Source: an uncultured Acidobacteriota bacterium
GTDB lineage: Bacteria > Acidobacteriota > Vicinamibacteria > Vicinamibacterales > 2-12-FULL-66-21
Direction of reading: 5' to 3'
Assembly (NCBI GenBank): GCA_963820905.1
Contig: CAWGBU010000008.1
Span: 467,543 to 531,542 of the forward strand
DNA: 64,000 nucleotides
Below the pieces are notes generated by a model that worked only from the letters and a program-made list of their open reading frames with translations, was not told where the DNA came from and searched no databases. Position 1 is the stretch's first letter, and every line of letters starts with the position of its first letter. This document shows positions 19,264 through 30,549 of the stretch, in pieces. The translations under genes were made by a program, and so were the position numbers.

Positions 19264-22200
19264 CTACCAGTTGAACCTGACGCTCAGCATCCCGATTCGG
19301 CCGCCGGGATCGTAGGTGTTGCTGGGATCCTGATACGCCGCCGTCGTCCGGAAGATATTCGAGCCCGATCCGGGATTGGCGACCGGGCTGTAGTTCGGGC
19401 TGTCGAACACGTTGAGCCACTCGAACCGCACATCGATGTTGGTCGAGCCGCCGGTCTCGACCCTCTTCGCGATGCCGAGGTCGACTCTCTTGAACCACGG
19501 CGAGAGGAGCTGGAGATTGCGCGGCGCGCAGTCGCCGGCCTTCACCTGGATGCAGCCCGCGGAGTTCGCCGGTGCGATGTACCGGCCCTCCGGCGCGCCC
19601 AGGCTCGTCGAGTAGCCGTTGAGCGTGCTGTTGCTCGTGCTGAAGGCGCGACGCGTGTTGAGGACGATGTCCTCCGGCAGCATCCAGACCTCGTCGACGT
19701 TGCTGGCCGTGTTCGGCTTGCGGTAGAACTTGTAGAGATCCTGCAGATCGTCGAGCGACATGCCGACGAGGTTTACGTTGCCGAGGTTCTCCGCCGTCAC
19801 CTGGAAGCGGCCGACGCTGTTGATGCTCCACCCGCCCAGCAGTGCGTTGGCAAACGTTCCCATGCTGCTCCCGAATCGCTCGCCGCGGCCGATCGGCAGC
19901 GTCCAGTCCGCCTGGAACTTGATCGCGTGCCGGACGGTGGGATTGGGCGTCACGGGGACGCTGGTCCACGCGCGGCCGAAGCTGAATCCGTCGAACTCCG
20001 ACCCGCCCTCGAACGCGTACTGGTAGTTCACGTTCGCCGAGAAGCCGTTCGACAGACGCCGGCGCAGCTCGAGCTGCAGCGCGTTGTACTTGCTGAACCC
20101 GCCGCTGTCAGTCACGTTCGAGCTGGACACGTCGGGATTGATCACGAAGAAGTTCGCCCCGTATCCCAGCGCCTGAGCCTGGTTGCGGCGCGTGAGGTTG
20201 CCGTCGAGATCGCCGGCCGCTCCGGTCGCGTTCGGGTTCGGCCCGGCGAGTCGGCCCGCGATCGTGGAGTTCGCCCACGTGTTCGCGGGATTCAGCGTCC
20301 CACCCGTCGCGTTGAGCCCGTATGCGGCCGGGTTGTCGGCATCTCTTCGGCCGTTGAGGTACGCCAGGTAGATGGGGAGCGGGGTCGTCCCGCTGCCCGA
20401 TCCGAAGTACGCGAAGGAGCCGGCGCGGTTCGACACGCCCGACGCGTTGTTGGCTGTGAGATTTGCCATCGCGAGCTTGAACTCGTTCAGGAACCCGTTC
20501 GCGGCGAGGACGTCGGGGCGGATCGTGTTGTAGTTGATGGCTTCCCACTCGCTGTCGCCGCGATTGCCGACGTAGCGGATCTCGACGGCCATGTCCCTCG
20601 AGATCGATCGCGCGAAGCCTATGCTCCAGGTCCGCACGTGTCCGATCTCGATGTCGGGCGCGAAGGCATCGACCCTGTCGGCCCGGTTCGCGCCGACGGC
20701 AATCGGGTAGGTCGGGTCGGTGTTGAACGACGAGGGAAACAGACGATTTGTCTGCGAGAGGAGCACCGGCCACGACTGGCCCGGCGGCACCAGTGTTGGC
20801 GTTCCCGTATTCGCCGTCCGGTTGAGGGACACTGAGGCCCCCCGGTTGTTTCCGTAGAGACCGGTGAATCTGGTCAGCCCCTGACGGTCGTAGGCTTCGG
20901 CGTAGCCCGCGCGCAGCGTCGCCTGATCGGGATCGCCGAGGACCGTGCGCATGAACCCCGACTGCACGTTCGGCCGCCAGGCGATGCTGGCCGACGGCGC
21001 GAAGTTGTTCAGGTCGGTCTCGTACCCCTCGGTTCCCTTTTCGAGCTGGATGAACTCGGGCGCCGAGCCGCCGAGCGAGCCGGGCGCAAAGAAGTTGCAC
21101 CGGCTGTACTCGCCGCCGTCGCCGAGGCCCGACCGACCGCAGATGCTGGCCATCGTCACCGCCGACATGACGCTCGACGACGGGACGAACGGCGTCGTGA
21201 TGTCGTAGCGGAGGCCGCCGCTCACCGTGAGGTTCGGCTTTACCCGCCACGTATCCTGGATGAACGAGCCGAACACCTTATAGCCGCCCTCGAGCGTGCT
21301 CGGCGCAAGTTCCGCGTACTGGCCGCTATCGCCCTGCAGCACGGCCGTGCTGCTGATCGTGGCGACTCGTCCGGTGAGCACCGCATAGGTTGCGCGCGCG
21401 GCATTCAGTTGATCGCTCGACGCGCCAGGGAAATTGGTGGTGTTGAACAGGCCTGCCGCGGGATCGAAATCCTGGTTGAACCCCAGGGTGATCCCCTGGA
21501 CCATCGTCTGCCCCGAAGACGAGGCGTCGGAGATCATGTAACTCCCGCCGGTCATGATCGTGTGCGCGCCGCGATTCCAGGTCAGCGTGTCCTCGATGCT
21601 GTAGGTGGGCGCCTTGCGCCAGCTCGGGCCGTTGGAGGTGAACCAGTCGGTCGTGTTGGTCGGCGTGCTGATCGCGTAGCCATTGGAATCCTCGAACGTG
21701 CTCGGATCGTTTCGCGACGAGGTGCTCGACGGATATCCGAAGTTCGAGCCGGCCCCGTAGGCTGTCATGCCACCGCGCACCTCGTTGACGATGTCCTTCG
21801 AGAGCACCGACCGCAGGCTCGCCGATAGCAGCGGCCGGATCGACTTGAAGTCGCGCTGGTTCGGCGCGCCGGGGAAACGCGGATCGGCGTTGTTCAAGTA
21901 GTCCGGCGTCCGCTTGGCCGTGATGGACGACCACGATCCGCTCAGCCGGTGGTTGTTGCTGACGTTGTAGTCGAGTCGCACCGTCGGCTGGTGTTCGAAG
22001 AGCTCCGATGGGCTCTGCCACACGTAGTTGTCGTACAGCGGATCGCTCTGCGGGGCGCGCGTGCCGGTGGTTGCCACGGCGGCCTCGATTTGGCTGTACA
22101 GCTTCACCATCGTCGGATCTTTTGCGAAGATCTGGTTGTTCGCGGCGGCCAGCTGGAGCAGGTTGACCTCCCGCACGTCGCTGCCGAACTGGTAGCGGAA

Positions 22201-23244
22201 CCAACCGTCGTAGACCTTCGGATTGAAGACCGTCCGCGTGCGGGTGAAGCTGTTCGGGAAGCGGATCTGCTCGTAGTGCGCGAAGAAGAAGGCCTTGTTT
22301 CGGCCGTCGTACAGGCCCGGGAGCACGATCGGACCGCCGGCACGCGCGCCGAACGTGTGCAGCTTGACCTCGTTCTTGCCCTGATGGTTGATCTCGTTGA
22401 AGACGTAGTTCGTGTTGAAGTCCGGGTTCCGGTAGTACTCGTAGCCGCTGCCGCTGAACCGATTGCCGCCGGACCGGGTCTGGAACGCCATCGTGACGGC
22501 GCCGGCGCCGCCGCCCACCTGCGCACCTCCCGCGGCCAACGTCACCGATACCGCTTCGACGGCGTCCTGCCTGGGTGTGACCGAGGCGAAGAAGCTGTCC
22601 GTGTTGCGAAGGAAGTTGTCGTTGTTGCTCACGCCGTCGAGCGTGATGCTGACGAAGCTCTCGGGCAGGCCGTTGATCGTCGAGTCGCGGTTCGTCCCCG
22701 TCGTGTTGATGCCGGGCAGGAACGCGACCGCGTTCAAAGCGTTGCGCGTCGGCGTCGGCAGGCGCGTGAGCTGGTCCGCGTTCAGCGTCGCGGCGACAGT
22801 CCCGTTCTCGGTGTTGACGAGCTCCGCGCTGCTCGTGACCACGACGGTTTCTTCGAGCTGGCCGATCTCGAGCGTGAGCGCAATGGCGATGGGCTGACCG
22901 GGGGCGACTCGGACGCTTTTCGCCGTCGCCGTTTTGAAGCCCGTGAGCGAGGCCGACACCGTGTACGATCCGGCGCCAAGCGCGGTCGCCTGGTATCTAC
23001 CCTCGCCGTCGGTCGTCACTTCCTGGGCTACGCCGGACGCGTCGTTTCTGACGACGACCGTCACACCGGGGAGGACGCTTCCATCGGTGTCCTTGACCAC
23101 CCCTGAAATCGAGGCGGTCGATTGTGCGTCGGCTCCCATCGGAACCGACATGACGAACAGGGCGGCGACGAGCGCGGTTCTCGCGCACCAAGCCGAACGC
23201 AACATATGCTTCCCTCCCGGCACCCGAATGGATGCCCCCTCCAA
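19264..23244 (-). CDS. TonB-dependent receptor-like outer-membrane protein with an N-terminal carboxypeptidase-regulatory-like domain
   Basis: 'ISGVVKDTDGSVLPGVTVVVRN...GRYQATALGAGSYTV' is CarboxypepD_reg-like. A plug-like 'TLNADQLTRLPTPTRNALNAV...ITLDGVSNND' follows, then a long beta-barrel ending 'LSVRFNW'. The more likely start is the ATG at 23205 ('MLRSAWCARTALVAALFV'). Confidence 0.85.
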   Translation of the reverse strand: MEGASIRVPGGKHMLRSAWCARTALVAALFVMSVPMGADAQSTASISGVVKDTDGSVLPGVTVVVRNDASGVAQEVTTDGEGRYQATALGAGSYTVSASLTGFKTATAKSVRVAPGQPIAIALTLEIGQLEETVVVTSSAELVNTENGTVAATLNADQLTRLPTPTRNALNAVAFLPGINTTGTNRDSTINGLPESFVSITLDGVSNNDNFLRNTDSFFASVTPRQDAVEAVSVTLAAGGAQVGGGAGAVTMAFQTRSGGNRFSGSGYEYYRNPDFNTNYVFNEINHQGKNEVKLHTFGARAGGPIVLPGLYDGRNKAFFFAHYEQIRFPNSFTRTRTVFNPKVYDGWFRYQFGSDVREVNLLQLAAANNQIFAKDPTMVKLYSQIEAAVATTGTRAPQSDPLYDNYVWQSPSELFEHQPTVRLDYNVSNNHRLSGSWSSITAKRTPDYLNNADPRFPGAPNQRDFKSIRPLLSASLRSVLSKDIVNEVRGGMTAYGAGSNFGYPSSTSSRNDPSTFEDSNGYAISTPTNTTDWFTSNGPSWRKAPTYSIEDTLTWNRGAHTIMTGGSYMISDASSSGQTMVQGITLGFNQDFDPAAGLFNTTNFPGASSDQLNAARATYAVLTGRVATISSTAVLQGDSGQYAELAPSTLEGGYKVFGSFIQDTWRVKPNLTVSGGLRYDITTPFVPSSSVMSAVTMASICGRSGLGDGGEYSRCNFFAPGSLGGSAPEFIQLEKGTEGYETDLNNFAPSASIAWRPNVQSGFMRTVLGDPDQATLRAGYAEAYDRQGLTRFTGLYGNNRGASVSLNRTANTGTPTLVPPGQSWPVLLSQTNRLFPSSFNTDPTYPIAVGANRADRVDAFAPDIEIGHVRTWSIGFARSISRDMAVEIRYVGNRGDSEWEAINYNTIRPDVLAANGFLNEFKLAMANLTANNASGVSNRAGSFAYFGSGSGTTPLPIYLAYLNGRRDADNPAAYGLNATGGTLNPANTWANSTIAGRLAGPNPNATGAAGDLDGNLTRRNQAQALGYGANFFVINPDVSSSNVTDSGGFSKYNALQLELRRRLSNGFSANVNYQYAFEGGSEFDGFSFGRAWTSVPVTPNPTVRHAIKFQADWTLPIGRGERFGSSMGTFANALLGGWSINSVGRFQVTAENLGNVNLVGMSLDDLQDLYKFYRKPNTASNVDEVWMLPEDIVLNTRRAFSTSNSTLNGYSTSLGAPEGRYIAPANSAGCIQVKAGDCAPRNLQLLSPWFKRVDLGIAKRVETGGSTNIDVRFEWLNVFDSPNYSPVANPGSGSNIFRTTAAYQDPSNTYDPGGRIGMLSVRFNW

Positions 23245-23418
23245 GCAATGCGTGCTGCAAACTTGCCAGGTTTCGAGCGCTTTAGCGCGAAAGTCTACGC
23301 CTGGGACGAGTGACGGTCAACCAACAAGTTGGGACGAGTTTTCTGGCTGGTCTGACATTTACGGAGTTTTTGAGGCCAGCATGCATTTTTCAGGGATCAG
23401 CAGGCGCTCGAGCTCGAG

Positions 23419-23880
23419 CTAAGGCTCATCCCCGCTCGGGCCGTAGATCTGGGGGACGGTCGAGCCCATCGGGCGCAGGTAGGTCGTGATCTGGCCGCGA
23501 TGGTGCACGATGTCGAAGAGAAAGCTCCAGGCCATCGGCGACGCCGGCCGCTGGCTGCCGAAGAACTCGAGCGTTCCGTCCCAGCGCGCCGGGGGAAGCG
23601 CCTTCAGCCGGCGGACGATATCGGCGCTCTGCTTCTGGTAGACGTCGAGCACTTGCTTGATCGTGGCGGGCGCGGGTGCCGGCTTCCAGTCTGCCTTCCC
23701 GGTCTCGAGCGCCTCGATGATCATCTTTTCCTCGCAGGCAATCTGCCAGGCGATCTCGGCCGCGGTGCGGGACTTCGGATCGGGACGGTACTCGGATCCT
23801 TCCGGTATGCGCGCGATCACGTTGCGCGTCGTCTTCGCTTCGTTCTCCCAGAAACCGGTGAACAACGCTCGTTCGTCCAT
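23419..23880 (-). CDS. DinB-family (DinB_2) protein
   Basis: 153 aa. A four-helix pattern with 'IAWQIACEE' and 'DIVHHRGQITTYLR' is present. Confidence 0.8.
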   Translation of the reverse strand: MDERALFTGFWENEAKTTRNVIARIPEGSEYRPDPKSRTAAEIAWQIACEEKMIIEALETGKADWKPAPAPATIKQVLDVYQKQSADIVRRLKALPPARWDGTLEFFGSQRPASPMAWSFLFDIVHHRGQITTYLRPMGSTVPQIYGPSGDEP

Positions 23881-24082
23881 GCGTGCCTCCTCGCTGTGTC
23901 GAGTCGTCCTTATAAGAGATCAATCTGCGGACGTCAACGTCGGAACGGGAAGCTGATGCGTTCCCTGAAAAGCAGGACGCCGCAGTTCGCCGACCACTGT
24001 TCGCTTGCGTCTGCGATCGTCGTTGTACTGACGGTCCGGAGTGTTCCGCGCTGTCCGTTGAAGAGCTTGGTAGGGAGGCATC

Positions 24083-25042
24083 ATGTCCAAATCTCAGGTT
24101 CGCGAACTGTCGCGCCGGCAATTTCTGAGCTGTGCCTCAGCCGGAGCGATGGCTCTCACGACGGGTACACGTCCTTCACGCGCGTTGTGGATGGCTGCTA
24201 CTCAGGCGGTCCACAAGTCTGGCGATCTCGAAGTGCTGGCAGTGAGCGACGGTCACTTCGTTCTGCCGACCGGCTTCCTGATCAGTCCGGACTCGCCCCA
24301 GGTCGAGAGGCAAGCGATCCTGAAAACCGCAGGGCTTGCCGGCGAAGAGTTCCAGCTGCCCAACAATGTCGCCGTGATCAGAGGACGGTCGGGGCTGATC
24401 CTGGTCGACGCTGGCACCGGGCCCCGCCACCAGCCAACGGCGGGAAAGCTCTCTGAGAATCTCAAGGCGTCAGGTATCGAGCCCGCCGCGATCACCATGG
24501 TCGTGCTGACGCATGGCCATCCCGACCACCTGTGGGGCGTACTGGACGCCAGCGACGCGCCCGTCTATCCCAATGCCACGTATGTGCTCTCCGCGCGCGA
24601 GTGGGACGTCTGGTCGGATCCGAACGTGATGCGAACGCTGCCGACGCCGGTGGCGAACGACCGGATCGTGGACGGGGCGCGCAACCACCTCGCGCGGATC
24701 AAGGACAAGATCAAGATGGTGCGCGGCGGCGACGAGATAATCAGCGGCGTGCGTGTGATCGAAACCGCTGGCCACACACAGGGCCATATCTCTCTGGAGA
24801 TTGCGGGGGGCGGCGGCATTGTGATCGGCGGCGATGCGCTGACGCACCCCCTCATCTCGTTCCAGCACCCCTCATGGAAGGTGCCGGTAGACCATGAGGC
24901 CGACCGCGGCGTCGCGACCCGCCTTCGCTTGCTCGATCGTCTGGCCACGGACAAGGTGCGGCTGCTCGGTGCGCATCTGCCGTTCCCCGGCACCGGCTTC
25001 GCCGAGCGCAAGGATGGCGCGTATCGCTTCGTGCCAGCGTGA
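24083..25042 (+). CDS. MBL-fold metallo-hydrolase with a twin-arginine signal
   Basis: 'SRRQFLSCASAGAMAL' is a Tat motif. The 'LTHGHPDH' metal-binding motif and a later 'AGHTQGH' are present. Confidence 0.8.
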   Translation: MSKSQVRELSRRQFLSCASAGAMALTTGTRPSRALWMAATQAVHKSGDLEVLAVSDGHFVLPTGFLISPDSPQVERQAILKTAGLAGEEFQLPNNVAVIRGRSGLILVDAGTGPRHQPTAGKLSENLKASGIEPAAITMVVLTHGHPDHLWGVLDASDAPVYPNATYVLSAREWDVWSDPNVMRTLPTPVANDRIVDGARNHLARIKDKIKMVRGGDEIISGVRVIETAGHTQGHISLEIAGGGGIVIGGDALTHPLISFQHPSWKVPVDHEADRGVATRLRLLDRLATDKVRLLGAHLPFPGTGFAERKDGAYRFVPA

Positions 25043-25070
25043 CATTCGCGCGAACCCGACGGCGGCCGGC

Positions 25071-26423
25071 TCAGTTCTGATGACCGCTTGCAGGTGCCAG
25101 GTTCATTCGTGACAGGCGCTGATCGAAGCGGGGATCGACACGCAGGCTGTCCCATTGCGGCGCCACGGCGAGATGGACGAGGGCGGGATCCCGGTCCTCG
25201 ATGGCTCGATCCAGCTGCTCGAACGCGCTGTCGAGATCTCCCGCCCCTGCGCACAGGATCGCGCGCTGCACCGACGCCGAACCGCCCTCCGCGCGTGGCA
25301 TGTGTTCGAGCATGTAGCGGGCCAGCCCTCGAGCCCCCGTCGTGACGTAAGCGTTCTGCATCCCTGCACACTCACGCTGCAGATGCTCGATGGCTTCGAC
25401 GGACGCGCCGAAGACTTCGGCGCGTCGCAGATTCTCCGCCACGAAACGGTCCATGTCTTCTTGCTTCCAGTAGGCGCCGGCGAGGAATTCCCCTGCCAGC
25501 AGGTGCCGCGGATCCACGTCGAGCGCCTTGTTCGCCCACACAATCGCGTCGTCGTACCGCCGTTGATGCCAGTACGAGCTGGCGATTTGCACGAGCACGA
25601 GCGGCGATCGCGGATCGCGCTCGAGCGCCCGCTGTTTGAACTGCAGTCCGTGCTCGAGTTTTCCAAGCGCTTCCATCAGGCTGCCGTAATGGAGCAACGC
25701 CTCGGAATGGGCGGAGTTGATGTCGAGCGCCCGGCGCAGGCTTTTCTCGGCGCCGACCCAGTCCCATTCGCTGAGAAACAGCACCGTGCCGAGCGCCACC
25801 TGCGCATCGGCGCTCGCATCATCCAGGGCAAGCGCACGCAGGGCCGACGTTTTCGCCTGTGCGTATGCTTCCCGGTGCGGCACGGACCGAAGTCCCGCCT
25901 GCGCGCAGGAGGTCAGGGCCAGTCCGGCATGCGCGGGCGCGTAGGTTGGATCGATGTCAATCGCCGCGCGAAAGTTCAGCACCGCCTGAGGCAGCTCGAA
26001 ATACGAGCCCGACATCAAGTGCAGACGCCCGCGCCCGACGAGCTCGTAGACCTCGAGCGGCGGCGCTACGTCGCGAGCGGCATCTGACGCGGCGTCAGCC
26101 GGCGCTGCGGTCACGGCCGCGATGAAACGATAGCCCGAGCCGGAGACGGTCTCGATGTACGTCGGCGGCCGGGCGTCGTCGCCAAGGGCCTTCCGCACCG
26201 CCGAGACATGCACGCTCAGGATGCCCTCTTCCACGAAGGCATCCGGCCAGATGCGCGCGAGCAAGTCGTCCTTCGTGAGCAGGCGATCCGGGTGTTGAAC
26301 CAGCATCACCAGCAGATCGTGCGCTTTCGGCGGCAGGTGTACCGGCGTATCGCCGCGAGAGAGCCGCCGCTCGCCGACATCGAGCGTGAACTCGCGGAAC
26401 TGGTAGACCTCTCGAGTGGCCAT
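25071..26423 (-). CDS. winged-helix (OmpR/CadC-type trans_reg_C) DNA-binding protein with C-terminal TPR repeats
   Basis: The N-terminus 'YQFREFTLDVGERRLSRGDTPVHLPPKAHDLLVMLV...IETVSGSGYRF' is the DNA-binding domain. The C-terminal half consists of TPR-like A/L/Y-rich repeats. Confidence 0.8.
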   Translation of the reverse strand: MATREVYQFREFTLDVGERRLSRGDTPVHLPPKAHDLLVMLVQHPDRLLTKDDLLARIWPDAFVEEGILSVHVSAVRKALGDDARPPTYIETVSGSGYRFIAAVTAAPADAASDAARDVAPPLEVYELVGRGRLHLMSGSYFELPQAVLNFRAAIDIDPTYAPAHAGLALTSCAQAGLRSVPHREAYAQAKTSALRALALDDASADAQVALGTVLFLSEWDWVGAEKSLRRALDINSAHSEALLHYGSLMEALGKLEHGLQFKQRALERDPRSPLVLVQIASSYWHQRRYDDAIVWANKALDVDPRHLLAGEFLAGAYWKQEDMDRFVAENLRRAEVFGASVEAIEHLQRECAGMQNAYVTTGARGLARYMLEHMPRAEGGSASVQRAILCAGAGDLDSAFEQLDRAIEDRDPALVHLAVAPQWDSLRVDPRFDQRLSRMNLAPASGHQN

Positions 26424-26498
26424 TGTGGTTTAGGCGAATCTTAACAAAACCTTCGGGACGGCCGGCGGCCGCAGTGGCTACGCTCTCCATCAAGGAGA

Positions 26499-26957
26499 TT
26501 GCCCATGTCCACGACGATGAAGGAAGAGATTCTTCGGCAGGAAGAGCAATTGGCGGACGCGAAGCGGAGGGTGGACGTCGAGGCCTTCAATCGCATCTAC
26601 GCCGATGAGTTGTTGATGACGGGAGTCCTGGGTGAGCCCACCTGTACCAAGGCGGCAATCATGGACGAAGCGAAGCGTGGGGTCGCCGAGCGGGAAAAGG
26701 CCGCGGCCAGCGGGCAGGCGTTCGAGACGTCCTGCGACAACGAAGACATGACGGTGACGACGCACGGCGACACGGCGATAGCCAGGTACCGATTCGTCGT
26801 GAAGCTCACCGGCCCTAACGTTACCGTGCATCGCCAGTACCGGACGACGAATGTCTGGATCAAGCGCGACGGCCGGTGGCAAATCATCGCGGCGCACACG
26901 GCGTTCGTGCTCGACGCGAAGCAGGCCGCGATGCTCTCGGGTGAGGCGCGGCCGTAA
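26499..26957 (+). CDS. SnoaL-like / DUF4440 (NTF2-fold) protein
   Basis: 152 aa. '...TNVWIKRDGRWQIIAAHTAFV' is the typical C-terminal strand pattern of DUF4440. Confidence 0.6.
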   Translation: MPMSTTMKEEILRQEEQLADAKRRVDVEAFNRIYADELLMTGVLGEPTCTKAAIMDEAKRGVAEREKAAASGQAFETSCDNEDMTVTTHGDTAIARYRFVVKLTGPNVTVHRQYRTTNVWIKRDGRWQIIAAHTAFVLDAKQAAMLSGEARP

Positions 26958-26965
26958 GACGACGT

Positions 26966-29621
26966 TCAGTTCGCGCGAAGCGCGGCGATAGGGTCGACCC
27001 GCATCGCCCGGCGGGCGGGGATGAGGCACGCGGCGAGGGCGGTTCCGAGCAGGATGAGCGCCACGGCGGCGAGCGTGATCGGATCGGCAGGCTGCACACC
27101 GAAGAGCAGGGTCTGGAAGCTGCGCATCAGCAGCACGCCGCCCGCAAGGCCAATGGCGAGTCCCGCCACGGCCTGCACGAGCCCTTCGGTCATCACGAGC
27201 GACAGCACGTCGGCCGGGCGGGCGCCGAGCGTCATGCGGACGCCAATCTCTGAAGTCCGCAGCGCCACCAGGTGCGCCATCACGCCGTAGATGCCGGCTG
27301 CAGCGAGCGTGAGGGCGATCGCGGCGAAAATCGCGAGGAGGAGCATCGACGCGCGCCTCGAGGCCATCGACGCCGCCGCCACGTCGTTCATCGTGCGAAG
27401 ACTGGAGAGCGGCAGCTCGGGATCCACGGCGCGGAGCTGCTCGCGCACGGCGCTGCCGACAGATGCCGGGTCGCCGTCAACCTCGAGCACGTAGTTCGGC
27501 GCCGACCAGACGAACTGTCGCATCGGCATGTAGTACTCGGGGTTGACCGGCTGGTCGAGGCCCCAGTGCCGCACGTCGCGGACCACGCCGACGATCTCGC
27601 GCCAGTCATGCGTGCCGGTCATCGTGATCCGCCTGCCGATCGGCGACCCATCCGGGATGTACTGCCGCACGAGCGTCTCGTTCACGACGGCGACGAGCGG
27701 CGCGTCCTCGCGATCGGCCTCAGTGAACAGACGTCCGCTCACCAGCGTCATGCCGATCGTCTTGAAGTAGTCCACCGTGACGCTGCGGGGATGCGCGCGC
27801 GTGGGTGTATCGGGCACCGGCTCGCGTCCCTCGATCACGATGCCGTTTCGCGAGTTCTGTCCGGAGAGCGGCAGGAGGCTCGTGGCGCCGACCGAGCGTA
27901 CGCCAGGGATCGACGCAAACCGCTGTGCCAGCTCCGCGACCGCCGTACGCCGTTGCTCGGGCGTGTTGTAGCGGCTGTTGGGCAGCGCGACGAGCGTCGT
28001 CAGCACGCCTTCCGTGCGGATGCCCGCATCGACGTGGAGCAGTGCCTGGACGCTGCGAAGCATGAGGCCGGTGCCGAAGAGGAGAAGCGACGCCAGCGCG
28101 ATCTCCCCGACCACGAGCGCGAGCCGGATTCGCTTGCGCACGCTGCCTGCCGTGCGGCTGCCGTCCTTGAGCATTCCGCCCACGTCCTGGCTGGCGAGGT
28201 GCCACGCGGGCAGCAGTCCGAAGAGCAGGCCCGTGAGGACCGAGAGCAGGAGCGTGAACAGCAGCACGCGCGCGTCGAGGCCAAGGCGATCGATCCCCAG
28301 CACCGGCAAGTCGGCCGGCGCCAGCGCCCGAATGATCTGGATTCCCCAGTGCGCCACGAGCAGGCCGGCCGCTCCCCCGAGAAGGCCGAGTATCAGGCTC
28401 TCGGTGAGCGCCTGGCCCGCGAGGCGGCCGCGTCCGGCGCCGAGCGCCGCGCGCACGGCCATCTCGCGCTTCCGCGAGGCAGCCTTCGCGAGCAAAAGGT
28501 TCGCGACGTTGACGCACGCAATCAGCAGGACGAACGCGACCGCGCCGAGGAGCAGCATGAGGCCCGTACGCACCGGGACGGTCAGCTCCTCGGAGAGCGC
28601 CGTGACATGGGCGCTGTGCCTTCGGTTCGCTCCGGGATACGTCATCGAGAGCTCCGAACCCACGCGGTCCATGTCGGCGCGGGCGCGCTCGAGGCTGATG
28701 CCGGGCTTGAGCCGCGCGTAGACTTCGAGCGAATGCTGCACGCGCGACGGAGATGTGCCCAGCGCAAGGGGTGCCCAGAGCTCCAGCGACCGATCGGGAA
28801 ACTGGAACGTGCGGGGCAGGACGCCGACGACCTCGTGCGGGATGCCGTTCAGCACGATCTTCTGGCCGACGATCGACGGACTGGACCCGAAGCGTCGCTC
28901 CCATAGCCCGTGGCCGAGGATGACCACGCGGTGCTGTCCGGCGATGGCTTCTTCCGTACGGAAGTTGCGGCCGAGGATCGGCTGCGTGCCCAGGATGTCG
29001 AAGAACGGTGGTGAAACCGCTCCGGCGGCGAGACGAACCGGCTCGCCCACCCCGGTCAGGTCCGCCGTCACGCTCGTGTAGGCGGCCATGCGCGTCGAAC
29101 GCGCCGTTCATCCGCCCCCAGTCGAGGAAGTCCGCGGGCGAGACGGAGTTGTTGAAGACGCCCTCGGCCACTCGCTTCTCCCACACCATCACGAGCCGCT
29201 CGGGCTCGTGGTAGGGCAGCGGACGAAGCAGGACGGCGTCGACCGCCGAGAAGATCGCCGTGTTCGCGCCGATCCCGAGCGCGAGCGTGAGCACCGCGAT
29301 CGCCGTGACACCGGGCTGCTTGAAGACGAGCCTCAGCGCGTAGCGAGAGTCCTGCACGAGCGCGCGCATCCACCACCTCCAGCGCCGCAGTTCCCTGACC
29401 GCGGACTGTTGCATTCTCACCACTGACGCAAGACGCTCGGCTGCGCCCGTCGCCGCAGCGTCGCGGATCGCATCGAACCAGAGCCGGACGAGGCTTCCTC
29501 CCGATCGACGTATGTCCGCCCGCTGCGAGGCGAACATCCGCGCCATGTCGTCGCCGAACTCGGCGCGCAGCCGCGAGGGCAGGAGGAGGATCAGGAGCAG
29601 CCGGTACAGCCGGGCGTTCAT
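26966..29621 (-). pseudogene. ADOP-family duplicated FtsX/MacB-type ABC permease, split by a frameshift at ~29090
   Basis: The N-terminal part (ORF 27720..29621) is sensible up to '...[14 protein letters not shown]'. The remainder (ORF 26966..29089) starts '[17 protein letters not shown]...' in the +1 frame. Together they give about 884 aa with two FtsX modules. It follows a PadR gene, as is typical for this family. Confidence 0.75.
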
Positions 29622-29628
29622 TCGTGCT

Positions 29629-29985
29629 TCACCGCGACCTCACGAGCAGCCGTTTGACGCGCGCTTCGATTACAGCCGCCTCGAGCCGGAGCGCCTCCGC
29701 GGCCGCGACGCGCTTGCCCAGCCCGGTGAGGTGGAAATACCGACGGCGCTCGTCCTCGTCGGATCTCGACGCCGCGGCCCGGTGCACCTCTTCGATCAGG
29801 CCGTCCGCGAGCATGGTCCGCAGCGTGCGGTAGAAGTTGCCCGGCATGATGCGCTCGAAGGCACCGCGCTGCTGAATGTCCCGCACCAGCGCCCAGCCGT
29901 GGCGTTCGTTGTCAGCAAGCGCCAGCAGCACCTGAAAGACGAGCGGCTTGAGCGGAAGGTAGTCGGCAGGATTCGAATCGGGCAT
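29629..29985 (-). CDS. PadR-family transcriptional regulator
   Basis: ATG at 29985, 118 aa. '[26 protein letters not shown]...[18 protein letters not shown]' is the PadR winged helix. Confidence 0.85.
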   Translation of the reverse strand: MPDSNPADYLPLKPLVFQVLLALADNERHGWALVRDIQQRGAFERIMPGNFYRTLRTMLADGLIEEVHRAAASRSDEDERRRYFHLTGLGKRVAAAEALRLEAAVIEARVKRLLVRSR

Positions 29986-30156
29986 GGAGCAGGCTACTAT
30001 CAAAATGACACCAGTGTCAAATTGATACGAGTGACCTTTTCGGCCGGGCTTGTCGCCCCGCAGGGGCGTCAGATTGCGCCGAATCCTCGTTGCTGTGGTC
30101 AGATGTCGATCCGTGCAGGTCTCAGTCGACGTGTCAGCAGGGAGGGAAGTGACGTC

Positions 30157-30537
30157 ATGAACATCGTGCTCTGGATCCTGCAGGTACTGCTTGCGGTTGC
30201 GTTCTTCGCCCACGGCTGGCTCTTTCTCTGGCCGCCGCCGGACATCGCCCAGCAGATGAACGCGTCCCTGCCGCGGTGGTTCCAGCTCTTCCTCGGTGTC
30301 GCAGAAGTGCTGGCTGCGGTGGGGCTGACACTCCCCGGACTGACGCGGATCCTGCCGTGGCTGGTTACATGGGCGGCGGCAGGGATCATGATCGTGACCG
30401 TGTCGGCGACGGTCTTCCATCTGATCCGCGGCGAGATGAGCTCGGCAGCAGTCACGCTGCTGCTCTTTGCCATCGCGACGTACGTCGCGTACATGCGCCA
30501 TGGTGTGCTGCCGATTGGCGTCCGGCGCGCTGCGTAG
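30157..30537 (+). CDS. DoxX-family membrane protein
   Basis: ATG at 30157, 126 aa, four TM helices. 'LWILQVLLAVAFFAHGW' and 'LGVAEVLAAVGLTLPG' are present. Confidence 0.7.
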   Translation: MNIVLWILQVLLAVAFFAHGWLFLWPPPDIAQQMNASLPRWFQLFLGVAEVLAAVGLTLPGLTRILPWLVTWAAAGIMIVTVSATVFHLIRGEMSSAAVTLLLFAIATYVAYMRHGVLPIGVRRAA

Positions 30538-30549
30538 CGGCTCGACTCG

